Positions 18,684 to 32,065 of a DNA stretch of 64,000 nucleotides are shown one piece after another. The translations under genes and the position numbers were made by a program. The stretch is taken from assembly GCF_009914755.1 (NCBI RefSeq), contig NC_060928.1. One strand, given 5' to 3'. Below the pieces are notes generated by a model, which was given only the letters and a program-made list of their open reading frames with translations, was not told the DNA's origin and made no database searches. This DNA is from the human T2T-CHM13v2.0 reference genome, Homo sapiens. Numbering within the stretch: position 1 is the first letter of the stretch; every line of letters begins with the position of its first letter.

Positions 18684-20550
18684 TAGCTAATTATTAATAT
18701 TTCTTTTCTTATAGTAATTTTGGTTTTGGTTTGTTCTTGCTTTTCTAGTCATTTGAGATAGATCATTACATTTTTTATATGAAACCTTTCTCCTTTTCTT
18801 GTGTAGGCATTTCTTGTTCTAAACTTGTCTCTTAATAGTGCTTCTGTTGAATCTCACAGATTTTGCTATTGCATGATGTGATCTTTCTTTGTTTTAAGCA
18901 ATTTCAAAATTGTTTCTTTTTTATCTATTGGTTATAAGGAATATGTTGTTAAATTTTCATGGATTTTTCTAGTTTTGTCTTGGCATTGATTTTATAATTT
19001 ATTTCATTGTGTTCAGATAAAATAATTAGTAAAATTTTTATTTTTTAAAATTTGTTGAGACTTGCTTAATGTCCTCATATATGGTTAATTCTGGGGATGT
19101 TATATGTGCTATAAAAAGAATCTTACATTCTGCAGCTGTTGGTTAAAATGTTCTGTAAATATCAACTACTTCAATTTGGTCTATGGTACAGTTTAAATCT
19201 CATGTTGCTTTATTGTCTAAATATCTGTCCAATGCTGAAAAGGTGATGGTGACATCCTCAACTATTATTGGACTTAGGTCTATCTCTCCTTTCAGGTATA
19301 ATAATATTTGCTTCATATATCTCAGCGGTTCATGGTTGGTTGCATATATATTTACATTTTTGTCTTTTTGAACAATTGATTCATTTATTATCATATTAAG
19401 TCTCTCTTTTCCTCTCAAAATTTTGGCTTAAAGTTTGTGTTTTGCTGAGGTAAGTGTAGCTATTTCTGCTTGATTTGGGTTTCTGTTTGCATAGCATATC
19501 TATTTCATCTTTTCAATTGCAGTCTATGTGTAACTTTATTGGTGAGATGAGTATCTTTTAGGCTGAATATTGTTGAGTCTTGTTTTTTAATCCATCAATC
19601 TACGTTTTCAGTTGTGTAATTTAATCCACTTATTTTCAAGGTATTTATTTATTTATAGGTAAAGGCTTATTCTTTTATTTTTTTCTGTTTATTTTGTATC
19701 TCCCTTATTCCTTAATTTCTCTCTTATTACTTATTTTGACAGTTTGATAGTTTTCTATACTGATAAAGTTTGATTATTTTTTCTTTCACCTTTGTCTGTT
19801 GGCTGTATGAGTGAGTTATATAATTTTGTGTGTTTTTATGAAGTGTATTATCATCTTTTCACCTTCAGATGTTAGACTTCCTCAAATATTCCTTTTAAGG
19901 CTGGTTTAATGGTAATAAATTCTTTATGTTTTTGCTTGTTTGAGAAATACTTTATTCCTCTGTCTCTGTTTTTTTTGTAGGATCAAAGTTTGCTTTATAT
20001 AATATTCTTCATTGACATGATTATAAAACAAATTTTATCACTTAGCATATATTTTCCTATTCTTTCCTGGCCTATAAGTTAATGCTGAGAAATCCACTAT
20101 TAGCTGAATGGAGATTCCCTTATAGATGATGTGTCAGCTTTCTTCTGCCATTTTTAGAACACCTGCTTTGCATTTGACTTGATAATTTGACGATATGTGC
20201 ATCAGTGAAGACCTTTTTGGATTGAAGTAACTTGGTGGAACTTTCAGCTTCTTGGATCTAGATGTTCATCTTTTGTCAATAACTTAAGAAGCTTTCTGCT
20301 ATTATTTCATTGAATATAATTTCTATGCTGTTTATCTTCTCATTCTAGAATTTTCATCATGTTAATTTTTTTTCTTTTTTACTTAGTGATGTTGCATAAA
20401 TTCTGTAGGATTACTTTATTCTTTTTCTTCTTTCTTGTCTATGTGAGTCATTTCAAAAACATGGTAATAGTTGGAAATTATTTCCTCTGCTTTGTCTCTT
20501 ATGTTCTTGAAGCTCTCAATAGTATATTTTTAAAAAAATTTGTTCATTGC
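18684..20550 (-). mobile_element. Old L1M fragment (ORF2 5' part / ORF1 region)
   Basis: Translation NVNIYATNHEPLRYMKQILLYLKGEIDLSPIIVEDVTI resembles L1 endonuclease. Confidence 0.8.
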
Positions 20551-20631
20551 TTTAAAGTATTTTATATTTTTGTGGGTACATAGTTGGTGGATATGCTTAC
20601 GGGGTACATGAGATATTTTGATCCAAGCATG

Positions 20632-22662
20632 TTCTAGTGAAAAATTTTTACAATGAACAATTCAATAAAGTTGCAGAACATGAAATTAACAGACAAAATC
20701 AATAACATTTCTATTTGCCTACAATGAGCAGCTGAAAAAGAAATCAAAAAAGTATTCCCATTTACAATAGTCACAAATAAAATTGAACATCTAGGAATTA
20801 AAGGACTGAAAGATCTCTATAATGAAAACTACTGATGTAAGAAATTAACACTGATGTAAGAAAACACTGATGTAAGAAATTAGAGGGTACCAAGAAATGA
20901 AAAAATATTCCATGTTCATTGATTAGATGAATAAATATTGTTAACATTTCTATATTAAGCAAAACAATCTACTGATGCAATAAAATCATGAAAATACCAA
21001 TTACATTCTTCACAGAAATAGAAAAAAATCTCAAAATGTATATGAAACCGGAAAAGACCCAGAATAGTCAAAGGTATCCTAAGCAAAAGAAACCAACTTG
21101 GAGTCACATTATCTGACTTCATATTACACTACGCACCTATAGTAACCAAACCAGCATGTTACTGCCATAAAAACAGACACAGAGATCAATGAAACAGAAT
21201 AGAGAACCCAGAAAACAATCTACACACCTGCAGTGAACTCATTTTCATCAAAGTTGCCATTAACATACACAGAAAAAAAGACAGTCTCTTTAATAAATGG
21301 TGCTGGGAAAACAGAATATCTATATGCAGAAGAATGAAACTAGATCCCTAGCTCTATCCATATACAAAAATCAAATAAAAATGGTTTAAAGGCTTATATC
21401 TCAGACCTCAAATTATGAACTACTACAAGAAAACATTAAAGAAAATCTCCAGGATGTTTTTCTGGGCCAAAATTTCTTGGGTTATACCCCATAATCACAG
21501 GCAAAGTAAAAATGAACAAATGAGATCACATCAAGTTAATCAGCTTCTATTCAGCAAAGGAAACAATCAACAAGTGAAGAGACAGTCCACAGAATGGGAA
21601 AAATATTTACAAACTATCCATCTGACAAGGAATTAATAACCAGAATATATAAGGGGCTCAAACCCTCTATAGGAAAAGATAAAAAAATGGACAAAGAATT
21701 TGAATAGAGATGTTTCTCAAAAGTAAACAGAAAAGTGGCAAACAGACATGTGAAAAGATGCTCAATATCACTGATCATCAGAGAAAGTCAAATCACAACT
21801 AAAATGAGACATCTTCTCACACCATTTAAAGTAGCTTATACCCAAAAGACAGACAAAAATAAATGCTGATGGGGATGTGAAGAAAAAGGAACCCTATACA
21901 ATTTTGGTGGGAGTGAAAATTAGTAAAGACCACTATGGAGAACAGTTGACGGTTCCTCAAAAAAATGAAAAATAGAGCTACCATATGATCCAGCAATCTC
22001 ATTGCTAGATATATACCCAAAAGAAATAAATCAGTATGTCAAAGAGATACCCGCACTCCCATGTTTGTTGCACTATTTACAATAGCTAAGATTTAGAATT
22101 AGCGTGAATGTCCATCAACAAATGAATGAAGAACATGTGTTGCATAGACACAGTGGAGTACCATTCAGCCATGAAAAAGAATGAGATCCATTCATTTTCA
22201 ACAACATGGATGGAACTGGAGCTCATTGTGCTAAGTGAAATAAGCCAGGCACAGAAAGACAAACATGGTATGTTATCACTTATTTGTGGGATCTAAAACT
22301 TAATTAAACTAATGAACATAGAAAGTAGAAGGCTGATTACTTGAGCCTGGGAAGGGTACTGGGGGCATGGGGGTAAGCAGGGATTTTAACAGGTACGTAA
22401 AAAGGAATAAGACATACTATTTGATCACACAACAGGGTGACTATAGTCAATAATAACTTCACTGTACATTTTTAAATAACTAAAATAGTGTAATTATATT
22501 GTGCATAAGACAAAGTAAAAATGCTTGAGGGGATAGATACTCCATTCTCCATAATATGCTTATTTCCAATTGCATCCCTGTATCAAAGTATCTCATGTAC
22601 TCCACAAATATATACATTTACTAGGTAACCACAAAAATTTTTAAAAATTGAAAATTTAAAAA
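20632..22662 (+). mobile_element. 5'-truncated L1MA(1-3)-like element
   Basis: ORF2 3' part and 3' UTR ending ...tctcatgtactccacaaatatatac...ccacaaaaattt plus A-rich tail. Confidence 0.88.
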
Positions 22663-24787
22663 TTTGAAAGATATACTTAATGGAAAAACAAGCAATTTGT
22701 AATACAATTATTTTATGTAATAAACAATTAGGGGACAGGTTTCAAAAACTATTGACTTGGATTTAGTAACAACAGTAAGTATTAGCAATTATCATGATTG
22801 TACTATTAGTCATTCTTTCACTTGTCCTACTTCTCTACCAACTCTTCCGTTTCCTGGTGGCACTATTAATTTCCCTTAATGTACATGGGAAAATTATTAA
22901 AATATAAAGTTAGATTGCTTTGAATTTTTATTAGTATTTCATCAACTTTTATCTCACGAGAAAGTTACCATGTAGACCTTATATAATTTGCATTCAACAT
23001 GGATATTATGTTTTAGCCATTGAATAAGATTTTAGTTGTATGTTGATGCTAATAAGAAGGTAAACAGAAATGATCCCCTAAGAGACTGTATAATAATGTT
23101 GCAAAGAATAATTGCTATCTATATATATCTTAAAAGTGTGATATTAATTTAAAACACATGAGATTCTTGTGTTCTCTCATAAGGAATATTCTATAGAATA
23201 AATAATTGTTATTATGAACTAAGGGCACTTTTCAGATACAAGTGGTAGAAATTATTTGGTTTTTATTAGGCAAGCACTTTTCATTTTTTTCTTGGATTCT
23301 CTGAGATGCAGGTATGACGTTGAGACATAAGTTGCCCCAGGGAGCTTTCCTGAGTTGTCCTGCAGGCTTGGCATAAGGTGGAAAAACACCTGTTCTTATA
23401 GGGTAAAATGACCTTTTTTTGCTGTAACATGTAGACCTCTGGAATCTCAGGGATGAATGGTTTAAATGCTGGAGTGAAAGCAAGTAAACACTGGGTTTTG
23501 TTGCAAATATTTTGGGGGCACAATTTCTTTTTATGTTGAAGAATGGTGTACATTTTAAGCTAGAATACTGGTGAAGAGCCCCAATCCTTACAATACATCA
23601 TTAGCATTTCACCTTGCTCATCTGTTTGCAAAAACTTCTGCTTCTGCTTTTAAACAAGTCCACAGGATATCTGTCATCTATAACATTGCTAGAGAATGTA
23701 ATGTTGATGTGCTAGATGATAATCAGTATCTATTAAATGAGGAATGATATCTCAGGTGACTGGCATATGATAGGTAATTAATGTTATTGGAAATAACAAA
23801 AATAACCAAAATTGCAATATTAATATTTCTGGATCACTGACTTAGTGCCAGACACATTTTAAGTGTTTTACCTGCTTTAACTTTTTTCCACAATACAATA
23901 TAAAGCTGGCAAAAGTACACATAAATATCTCTATCAACATTCTGGTATATTTTTCTATCATTTGCTGCCTGATTTTATTAAAAAAATTCTAAATTGTGTA
24001 TTCTTTTTATTCTGACCCTCTGCAGTCTAATTCATTGAATATCTTGGAAACTTTTTAAAGGAAGGAAATATAATCAGATCTCTCCATTTGTTAACTCTTT
24101 TTAGTAGCTTCCCAATGCCATAATAAATATTTCAAGATCCTAATAATTATTTGGCTCCAACTTGCCTCTTCAGAATCATCTGTTTCTTAGTATTCTTCTG
24201 CAAACTAAACTTGAAGACTTGAGAACTGTCTTTACTACTTTGCCTGCTTTTCCTTTTGTGTCTTCCTCTCCCCCTCATTCATCACCTATTTCTTCACACC
24301 TTTCAGTTCTCATCTTGATTATCCATGTCTCCAGTATACTTTCTGTTATCCCAACTGGATATATCCTTGTTATTGTGGTACTGAAGATAATGCTTTTCAC
24401 ACATTTTATTACTTGCTTATATTTTATCTTTCAACATAGAGTTTAAGGAATGTGGGGACAGAAACTATGTCTACTTTTCTTGTCTTCTTAAAATCCAAAG
24501 CAGTGGTTTGTGTGAAGCACTTTATAAGAAGTATTGTTTGGTTGAATAACTAATACTTTCTTATATGTTGCAAAATGAAGGCTTTAATTTGAACATTACT
24601 AGGTTCAGATAGTCTCTAGTAGTACTCTTTTTTCTGTAGTAATAATGAAATTCATATAATTGTGATGATATAGAAATAGGAATCTTTAATTGGCATCTGG
24701 TTTACCCCACCCACTAAACATCTTTCTTTCACTTCAAGCAAAAACACTGAAAGAAGAATATAGTATCATTCCCACCAAAAATTTAAG

Positions 24788-24816
24788 ACAAACAAAACAA
24801 AACAAAACAAAACAAA

Positions 24817-24862
<46 letters not shown>
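24788..24862. repeat. (AAAAC)n followed by T42
   Basis: Read directly; T run 24821-24862. Confidence 0.95.
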
Positions 24863-24864
<2 letters not shown>

Positions 24865-24865
<1 letters not shown>

Positions 24866-25013
24866 TTTGGCAGGGATTTTGCAGGTTTGCCGTGAAGTTT
24901 TCCAACAAAGTGAACATTTTGTAAGTGTGGGTGAGGAAATTAAAAATTCCTGTAGTTTTGAAGAAGCTTTGTTTCACTTTTCTCCATTATCTCAGATAAT
25001 GTAGTATTTTTTC
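24865..25013 (-). pseudogene. Degenerate UGT2B exon 2, 149 bp
   Basis: [48 protein letters not shown]; in-frame TAA at 24940-24942; acceptor mutated to AT; donor AAG|GTAA kept. Confidence 0.92.
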
Positions 25014-26288
25014 ATAATGGGAAAAAGGAAAACAAAGGCATATGACACAAGATAATTGTTATGAGAATACAACTGATAATTATCTGAAAGGAGTTAGAAT
25101 AATGTAGCCAAAGATATATAAATTGTCTATGCTTAGATAAAACAATATACATGTATTTATACCTGGGGATAATTTAGTTTTTGTGCATTATCTATTTTGC
25201 TCATATGTATTTACAAGAAAGACCAAGTGCTAAGAGAATTGTGGGAGAAAACTTATTCTTCTATCACATCAGTGTATTCGCCATCGTAAACCATAATTAA
25301 AATAAACCTTAGAGAATAAAACATGCATTTGTTTACTCTATAAAGCAGCAATAGTAATAGATATACACTTAAAACAAGTCTTTGAGGTCCATGATCAATG
25401 GATTCTACTCTACTCATAAAAAACAATTTTCTAAGAAGTACTCAATTTTTTTCAAAAATTAAGCTAGTCCCTTGATCTTTTGTTCTTCAAGTGAACTGTT
25501 GAGTATTTTGTGAGTATGGCTGAAATCCTTGTACCTACTACTGCTTTGGGTTCATGCTAAGGTCTTAATAATGTTAGATTTTAAGTAAACATATTGTCAA
25601 ATAGCAGCTGAAATTTTTTCAGAAATTATTGAAATAGAGACTTTTGCCTAACATGGATTTCACTCATATTGTTCTTAGTGAAGAGACATAGTTAAAAAAA
25701 AAACTATACAGAAGTAACTTGATGTTCACATTTCAACAGATGTTTGACTTTAAGACAAATGATTTTCAATCCTTTAGTGAAGGAGTATAAAGATACTAGA
25801 AACTTCAAATTACCTGCATTGATTTTTGAGTCTTTGATAGAGAAATTGTATCGTTCAATTGTGGAGGAAACATTATGGTACTGTGGGAAAATATTTTAAT
25901 TTCTAAATAAGGGACCTGAGATACACAATTCAAAACAATCCCCTCAATGCTAACTAGATAGTTGTGCTAGAAAAATGCATAACTTCTCAATCTACATGTC
26001 TGCATTCAGCAGGATGTTTCTTGATGTGTCTAATGACTTTTCTTAAATGAAAAATATGTCAAGTAAAATGGATGTGTGATTGCTGAAAGAAATCCTAATG
26101 ACATTAATTTATAGGTTTATGAGTTCCTGGAGTGTGCTGTATTAGTGATGACCACAGGGTTCTAACAGATGCTATAATGTAAGTCTTTCCATAATATTTG
26201 TGAGATTGATAGATTATTTTATATTTTCATTTCCTCATTTCTTTTATTGAAAAACAGTACTTCTCTGACTTTATACGTACTTACCTTC

Positions 26289-27435
26289 TGTTTTAGTTAA
26301 TTTTCACACTGTTGACAAAGACATACTCAAGATGGGATAAAAAGAAGTTTGAAGGACTCACAGTTCCACGTGGCTGGGAAGGCATCACAATCATGGTGGA
26401 ATGCAAAGAGCAAGCCACGTCTTACATGGATGGCAGCAGGCAAAGAGAGAGAACTTGTGCAGGGAAACTACCCCTTATAAAACCATCAGCTATTGTCAGA
26501 CTTATTCACTATCATGAGAACAGCACAGGAAAGACCTGCCTCCATGATTCAATTACCTCTTACTAGGACCCTCTCACAGCACATGGGAATACAAGATGAG
26601 ATGTGGGTGGGGACACAGTCAAGCCATGTCATTCTGCCCCTGGCCCCTCCCAAATCTCATGTCCCCACATTTCAAAACCAATCATGCCTTACAGACAGTC
26701 CTCCAAAGTCTTAACTAATTTCAGTATTAACTCAGAGGTCCACAGCCCAAAGTCTCATCTGAGATGAGACAAGTGTCTTCTGCCTATGAACCTGTAGAAT
26801 CAAAAGCAAGTTAGTTAATTCCCAGATACAATGAGGGTACCAGCATTGGATAAATACAGATATTTCAAATGGGAGAAATTGGCTAAAATGAAGGGGCTAC
26901 AGGCCCCATGCATGCCAGAAATCCAACAGGGCAGTCATTAAGCCTTAAAATTACAAAATGATCTTTTTTGACTTCATGTCTCACATCCAGGTCACACTGA
27001 TGCAAGAGGTGGGTTTCCATGGCCTTGGGCAGCTCCACACCTGTGGCTTTGCAGGGTGCAGCCTCCCTCCCAGCTGCTTTAAAGGGCTGGCATTGAGTGT
27101 CTTTAGCTTTTCCAGGTGCATGGTGCAAGTTGTTGGTGGATCTACCACTCAGGTGTCTGGAGGATGGTGGCCCTTTTCTCACAGCTCCTTTAGGCAGTGT
27201 CTGAGAAGCAACTCAGTGGGAGTTCCAACTCCACATTTTCCTTCTTGAAGTCCCTAGGCTACACAGAATACTGGGACGATTTTTTTCTTTCTAGCCCACC
27301 AGGCCTGTGATGGAAGGGGCTGCCGTGAAGGCCTGACATGCTCTGAAGACATTTCCCCCATTGTCTTGGTGATTAACATTTGGCTCCTCATTACTTATGC
27401 AAATTTCTGCAGCCAGCTTGAATTTTTCCTCAGAA
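26289..27435 (-). mobile_element. THE1 MaLR: LTR (26289-26631) plus truncated internal region
   Basis: THE1 LTR (ggactcacagttccacgtggctgggaaggc...ggggacacagtcaagccatgtca), then THE1-int ttctgcccctggcccctcccaaatctcatg; second LTR absent. Confidence 0.92.
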
Positions 27436-28502
27436 GAAGTTAACTCTTATGGTTTAATGTAAACACAGTATATTAAAAGTCTAAGTATGTGCATGGCAAA
27501 GAGACAAACAACTTGCTCTTTACTTGAGTCTTTAATGTCCCTTTTATGTTTGTAAATGCTATTATCCAGGTAGTATCAATAATTTTGCGTGGATGAGTCA
27601 CTTATTTTATGTAATATATTTTACAATAGTGTCAAGAACATTCACAGTGAGAAGTTCCTTTAGTTCTGCAATCACTTTGAGATGGAATTAAAGATGAAAA
27701 TAATTATATGAGTATATCAGCATTTCTTGGATATTGTGCTTCAAGGAATTTTTTGGTAAAAGTTGACATATAATTGCTATGCTATACAATTTACTGATTA
27801 TTTTGTAAAATCCATTATTTGTGGTATATTCACAGAATTGTACATCCATGACAACAATCAGTTTCAGAGCATTTTTATTTGTATCACAAAATAAACCCTG
27901 TACTCTTTAGTATTTTTTCCTCACCCTGAGTTTCTGCATTTCTCCTGCCCTGCTCAATTGCTAATTAAATTTGTATCTATAGATTTGCCTATTCTGGAAA
28001 TTTTAAAATAAATATAATCGTACAATATATAGTTTCTTGTGACTGGCTTCCTTCATTTAGCATAACATTTTAAAGGTTCATTTATGATGTAGCATATGTA
28101 AGGACTTCATTCCTTTTTAATGGCAAAATAAACATTTTATATATGAGCATACACATTTTATCGATTTATTTATCAGTTGATGGACATTAATTTTTCCCTA
28201 TTTTTGGCTAGTATGAATAATGATGCTTATGAACAAGCTTAGTGTAACTGTGTTTTCATTTCTGTCAGATACATATTCTTAGAAGTAGAATTGCTGTGTT
28301 GTGTTTCCTTGCATGTTTAGCTATAAAAGGTTAAACTGTACGTGTAAACTTTTGAGAAATTGCTAGACTGTTTTCCAATGTGGTTGCACCATTTTCCATT
28401 CCCATCAGCAATGTGTAAGTGTTACAATGTCTCCACATCGTTTTCAACAAATGATTATGTGTCTTTTTATTACAGCTAGGCTGGTGGGTTGAAGTAGTGT
28501 CT

Positions 28503-29467
28503 TGTGGGGAAAAGAAAGAGAGATCAGACTGTTACTGTGTCTATGTAGAAAGAAGTAGACATAAGAGACTCCATTTTGTTCTGTACTAAGAAAAAATCTT
28601 CTGCCTTGAGATGCAGTTAATCGATAACACTAGCCCCAACCCTGTGCTGGCAGAGACACGTGCTGTGTTGACTCAAGGTTTAATGGATTTAGGGCTATGC
28701 AGTATGTGCTTTGTTAAACAAGTGCTTGAAGGCAATATGTTTGTTAGAAGTCATCACCACTCTCTAATCTCAAGTACCCAGGCACACAATACACTGCGGA
28801 AGGCCACAGGGACCTCTGCTTAGGAAAGCCAGGTATTGTAAAAGGTTTCTCCCCATGCGATAGCCTGAGATATGGCCTCGTGGGAAGGGAAAGACCTGAC
28901 CGTCCCCCAGCCCAACACCCGTAAAGGGTCTGTGCTGAGGAGGATTAGTAAAAGAGGAAGGCCTCTTTGCAGTTGAGATAAGAGGAAGTCATCTGTCTCC
29001 TGCTAATCCCTGGGCAATGGAATGTCTCATTGTAAAACCCGATTGCATGTTCCATTTACTAAGATAGGAGAAAACCACCTTAGGGCTGGAGGTAAGACAT
29101 GCTGGTGACAATACTGCTCTTTAATGCACCGAGATGTTTATGTATGTGCACATCAAAGCACAGCACCTTTTCTTAACCTTGTTTATGACACAGAGACATT
29201 TGTTCACATGTTTTCCTGCTGACCCTCTCCCCACTATAACCCTATTGTCCTGCCACATCCCCCTCTCGAGATAGTAGAGATAATGATCAAAAAATACTGA
29301 GGGAACTCAGAGACCAGTGCCAGTGTGGGTCCTCTGTATGCTAAGTGCCGGTCCCCAGGGCCCACTTTTCTTTCTCTATACTTTGTCTCTCTGTCTCTTT
29401 CTTTTCTCAGTCTCTTGGCCCACCTGACAAGAAACACCCACAGGTGTGGAGGGGCTGGCCCCCTTCA
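28503..29467 (+). mobile_element. HERV-K(HML-2) solo LTR, LTR5A/B type, 965 bp
   Basis: TGTGGGGAAAAGAAAGAGAGATCAGACTGTTACTG...GGGGCTGGCCCCCTTCA; 6-bp TSD gtgtct/gtatct. Confidence 0.95.
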
Positions 29468-30180
29468 GTATCTCATTGTTGATTATATTTCCTTGGTGTC
29501 TAATGATGTTGAACATTTTGACTTTGCTTATAAGCCACTGTATTTTTTTTCTTTTTTGGAGAAATTTCTATTCACATCCATTGCCCATTTTTAATTAATT
29601 TCTTTTTCTTATTAAGTTGTAAGTCGTATTTCTGATACAAGTACTTCATTAGTTATATCATTTGAAAATAGATTCTAAGATTATGTGGGCTTTTGTTTTC
29701 TTGATGCTGTCCTTTGAAGCACAAAAGTACTAAATTTGATAAAGACCTATTTATATATTTTTCATATTTGATTGCTTATGCTTTTGATGTCATATGTAAG
29801 AAACCACTGCCAAATTCAAAGCCATGAAGATTATCTTCTGTGTGTTCTTTTTGGAATTTTATGATTCTACCTCTTAAATTTAAGCCTTTGACCTACTTTT
29901 AGTAGTTTTGTAAATGGCTTGAGACCAGAAGTCAAACTTTATTCTTTTGTTTGTGGGCAATCCGTTATTCAATAAGCATTTGTTCAAGACTGTTCAATTT
30001 TTTCATTGAATTGTTTTGGCATCTTTGTAAAAAACCATAAATATGTGGGTATGTTTCTGGGTTCTAAAATCTATTTTGTTTGTATATATGTCTATTTGTA
30101 TGCCTATACCAGGCTCATTTGATTATTATAGATTTGTAGTTGGCTTTGAAAGAAGAAAGTGTAAATCTTCCAACTTTGTT

Positions 30181-30453
30181 ATTATTATTATTATTATTTT
30201 CAGACAGGATCTTACTCTGTTTCCCAGGCTGAAGTAGAGTGGTGTGATCATGGCTCACTGCAGCCTTGAACTCCCAGGCTCAAGCAATCCTATCACCTTA
30301 GCCTACTGAGTTGCTAGGACCACAGGCATGTGTCACCTCTCCTGGCTAATATATTATTATTAGTATTATAAAGACAAGAGTCTCCTTATGTTGCCCAGGC
30401 TGGTCTTAAACTCCTTTGCTCAAGTGATCTACCTGCCTTGGCATCACAAAGTA
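30181..30453 (-). mobile_element. AluJ, 5'-truncated, (ATT)n tail
   Basis: TSD caactttgtt at 30171-30180 and 30454-30463. Confidence 0.92.
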
Positions 30454-32065
30454 CAACTTTGTTCTTTATTTTAAGACTTTTTTGGCTATCTTTAGGTTTC
30501 TTGAATATCTTTGTGAATTTCAGAATTAGTTTGTCAATTTACTGGAAGAAGCCAGTTGGGATTTTGATAGGGATTGCATTAAATCTGTATATCTATTTGG
30601 GGAGTGGAGTATGGACACTACAACAATACTGTGTTTTAATCTGTGAACATGAGATGTCTTTCCATTTATTTACATCTTTTAAATTTCTTTCCTCTATGCT
30701 TTACAGTATCCATAATGCAAGTTTTACACTTATTTTGTTAAAATTGATTCCTAATAGTTATATTCTTTTGGATGTTATTTGAAGTGCAATTGTTTTCTTA
30801 ATTTCATTTTGGATATTTCATTGCAATTATGTAAAGTAATTTTTTTGTTTATTGATCTTTTATCCTGAAAATTTGCTTTGTTTATTGTTCCAATATTTTT
30901 TCTAGCAGATTCCTAAAGATTTTCTAGATGTAAGGTCATGTCATATGCCAAAAGTTTAACTTCTTTCTTTTCAATGTAGATTTATTTTTTTCATTTTCTT
31001 GCCTTTATCTTGACTAGAAGCTCCATTAAAATATTCAATATAGATAAAGAGTGGATTTAGTCTTTCTCCATTAAGTATGATGTTAGCTGTGCATTTTTTA
31101 CAGATAACACTTACCAGTTTGAGAAAGTTTCCCTCTATCCCTACTTTACGGGGTACTGTTATAATGAAGGATATTGAATTTTATTAAATTAATTTTTCTG
31201 CATTTATTGAGATGATCATGCAGTTTTATTTTTCTGTTCTAATTACATTTTGTATTATGTTAATAGAGATTTTAACGTTAAAGCAACTTTGCATTTTTAA
31301 TAAAACTTTTACTTATTCAGGGTATATAATTGCTTCTGTATATTCTTACATTCATTTTGCTAGCAAATTTTGTGGATTTCTGAGTTCATAATCATAAGAT
31401 TTATCGATCTGTAGTTTTTATTTTTTGTGATATCTTTGTGTGGTTTTACTAGAAGGAATTAGTTAAATATGTTGATAATGCATTTTTCTTTTCTGTGATT
31501 TGAAGGATTATTTTTGAGGAATTGTTAATTTTTCTGCTTTAAATGACTTATAGATTTCAAAATAAAGGCATCTTGACCTAGGCAATTCTTTGTGGGTTGT
31601 ATTTTGGACCAATTCAGCCTCTCTTTTTGTTATAGGTCTATTCAGATGTTCTGTTTCTTTTTGAATCAGTTTAATATATTTTCTTGTCTGTGTCTTCCTG
31701 TAGTAGAATTTATGTCAAATTAAGTTGGGAGTGGGTGAGGGAGCAGTTCATGGTTGAAATTAATAGGCTCTCATTATTTTTACCAGGACTTAGTAGATTT
31801 TCTTGAATAAATATTGCTAATATTACGCTTTATAATTTTAGGTCAATGCCTGGACACTTTAATTTTTTATAGAAAACACAATATTTTAATGCTAAAGATG
31901 TGTTTAAATTGTTTCTTTTTTACAATTGTGATGTTCTATGAAGATTTAAACTTTTGACTGTTAACAGATGATTTAAATAGAAATGTAGCATATGTACTCA
32001 GTGTACATGTGTATATTCAGCTTGTCAGCATTGAGTTATCTTTCATAAACTTATATTTATTTATT

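Larger units (their letters stand above)
22665..27760 (-). pseudogene. UGT2B pseudogene fragment A (promoter, intron 1, exon 2, part of intron 2; exon 1 deleted)
   Basis: Collinear similarity by eye: 22672 to 673, 23555 to 1185, 24865-25013 to exon 2, 25460 to 4047, 26270 to 4830, 27440-27760 to 5733-6060. Confidence 0.9.
27760..31700 (-). mobile_element. L1MB7/8-like element interrupted by LTR5 and AluJ
   Basis: 3' UTR from 27760 running into ORF2 antisense sequence; right end approximate. Confidence 0.8.
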
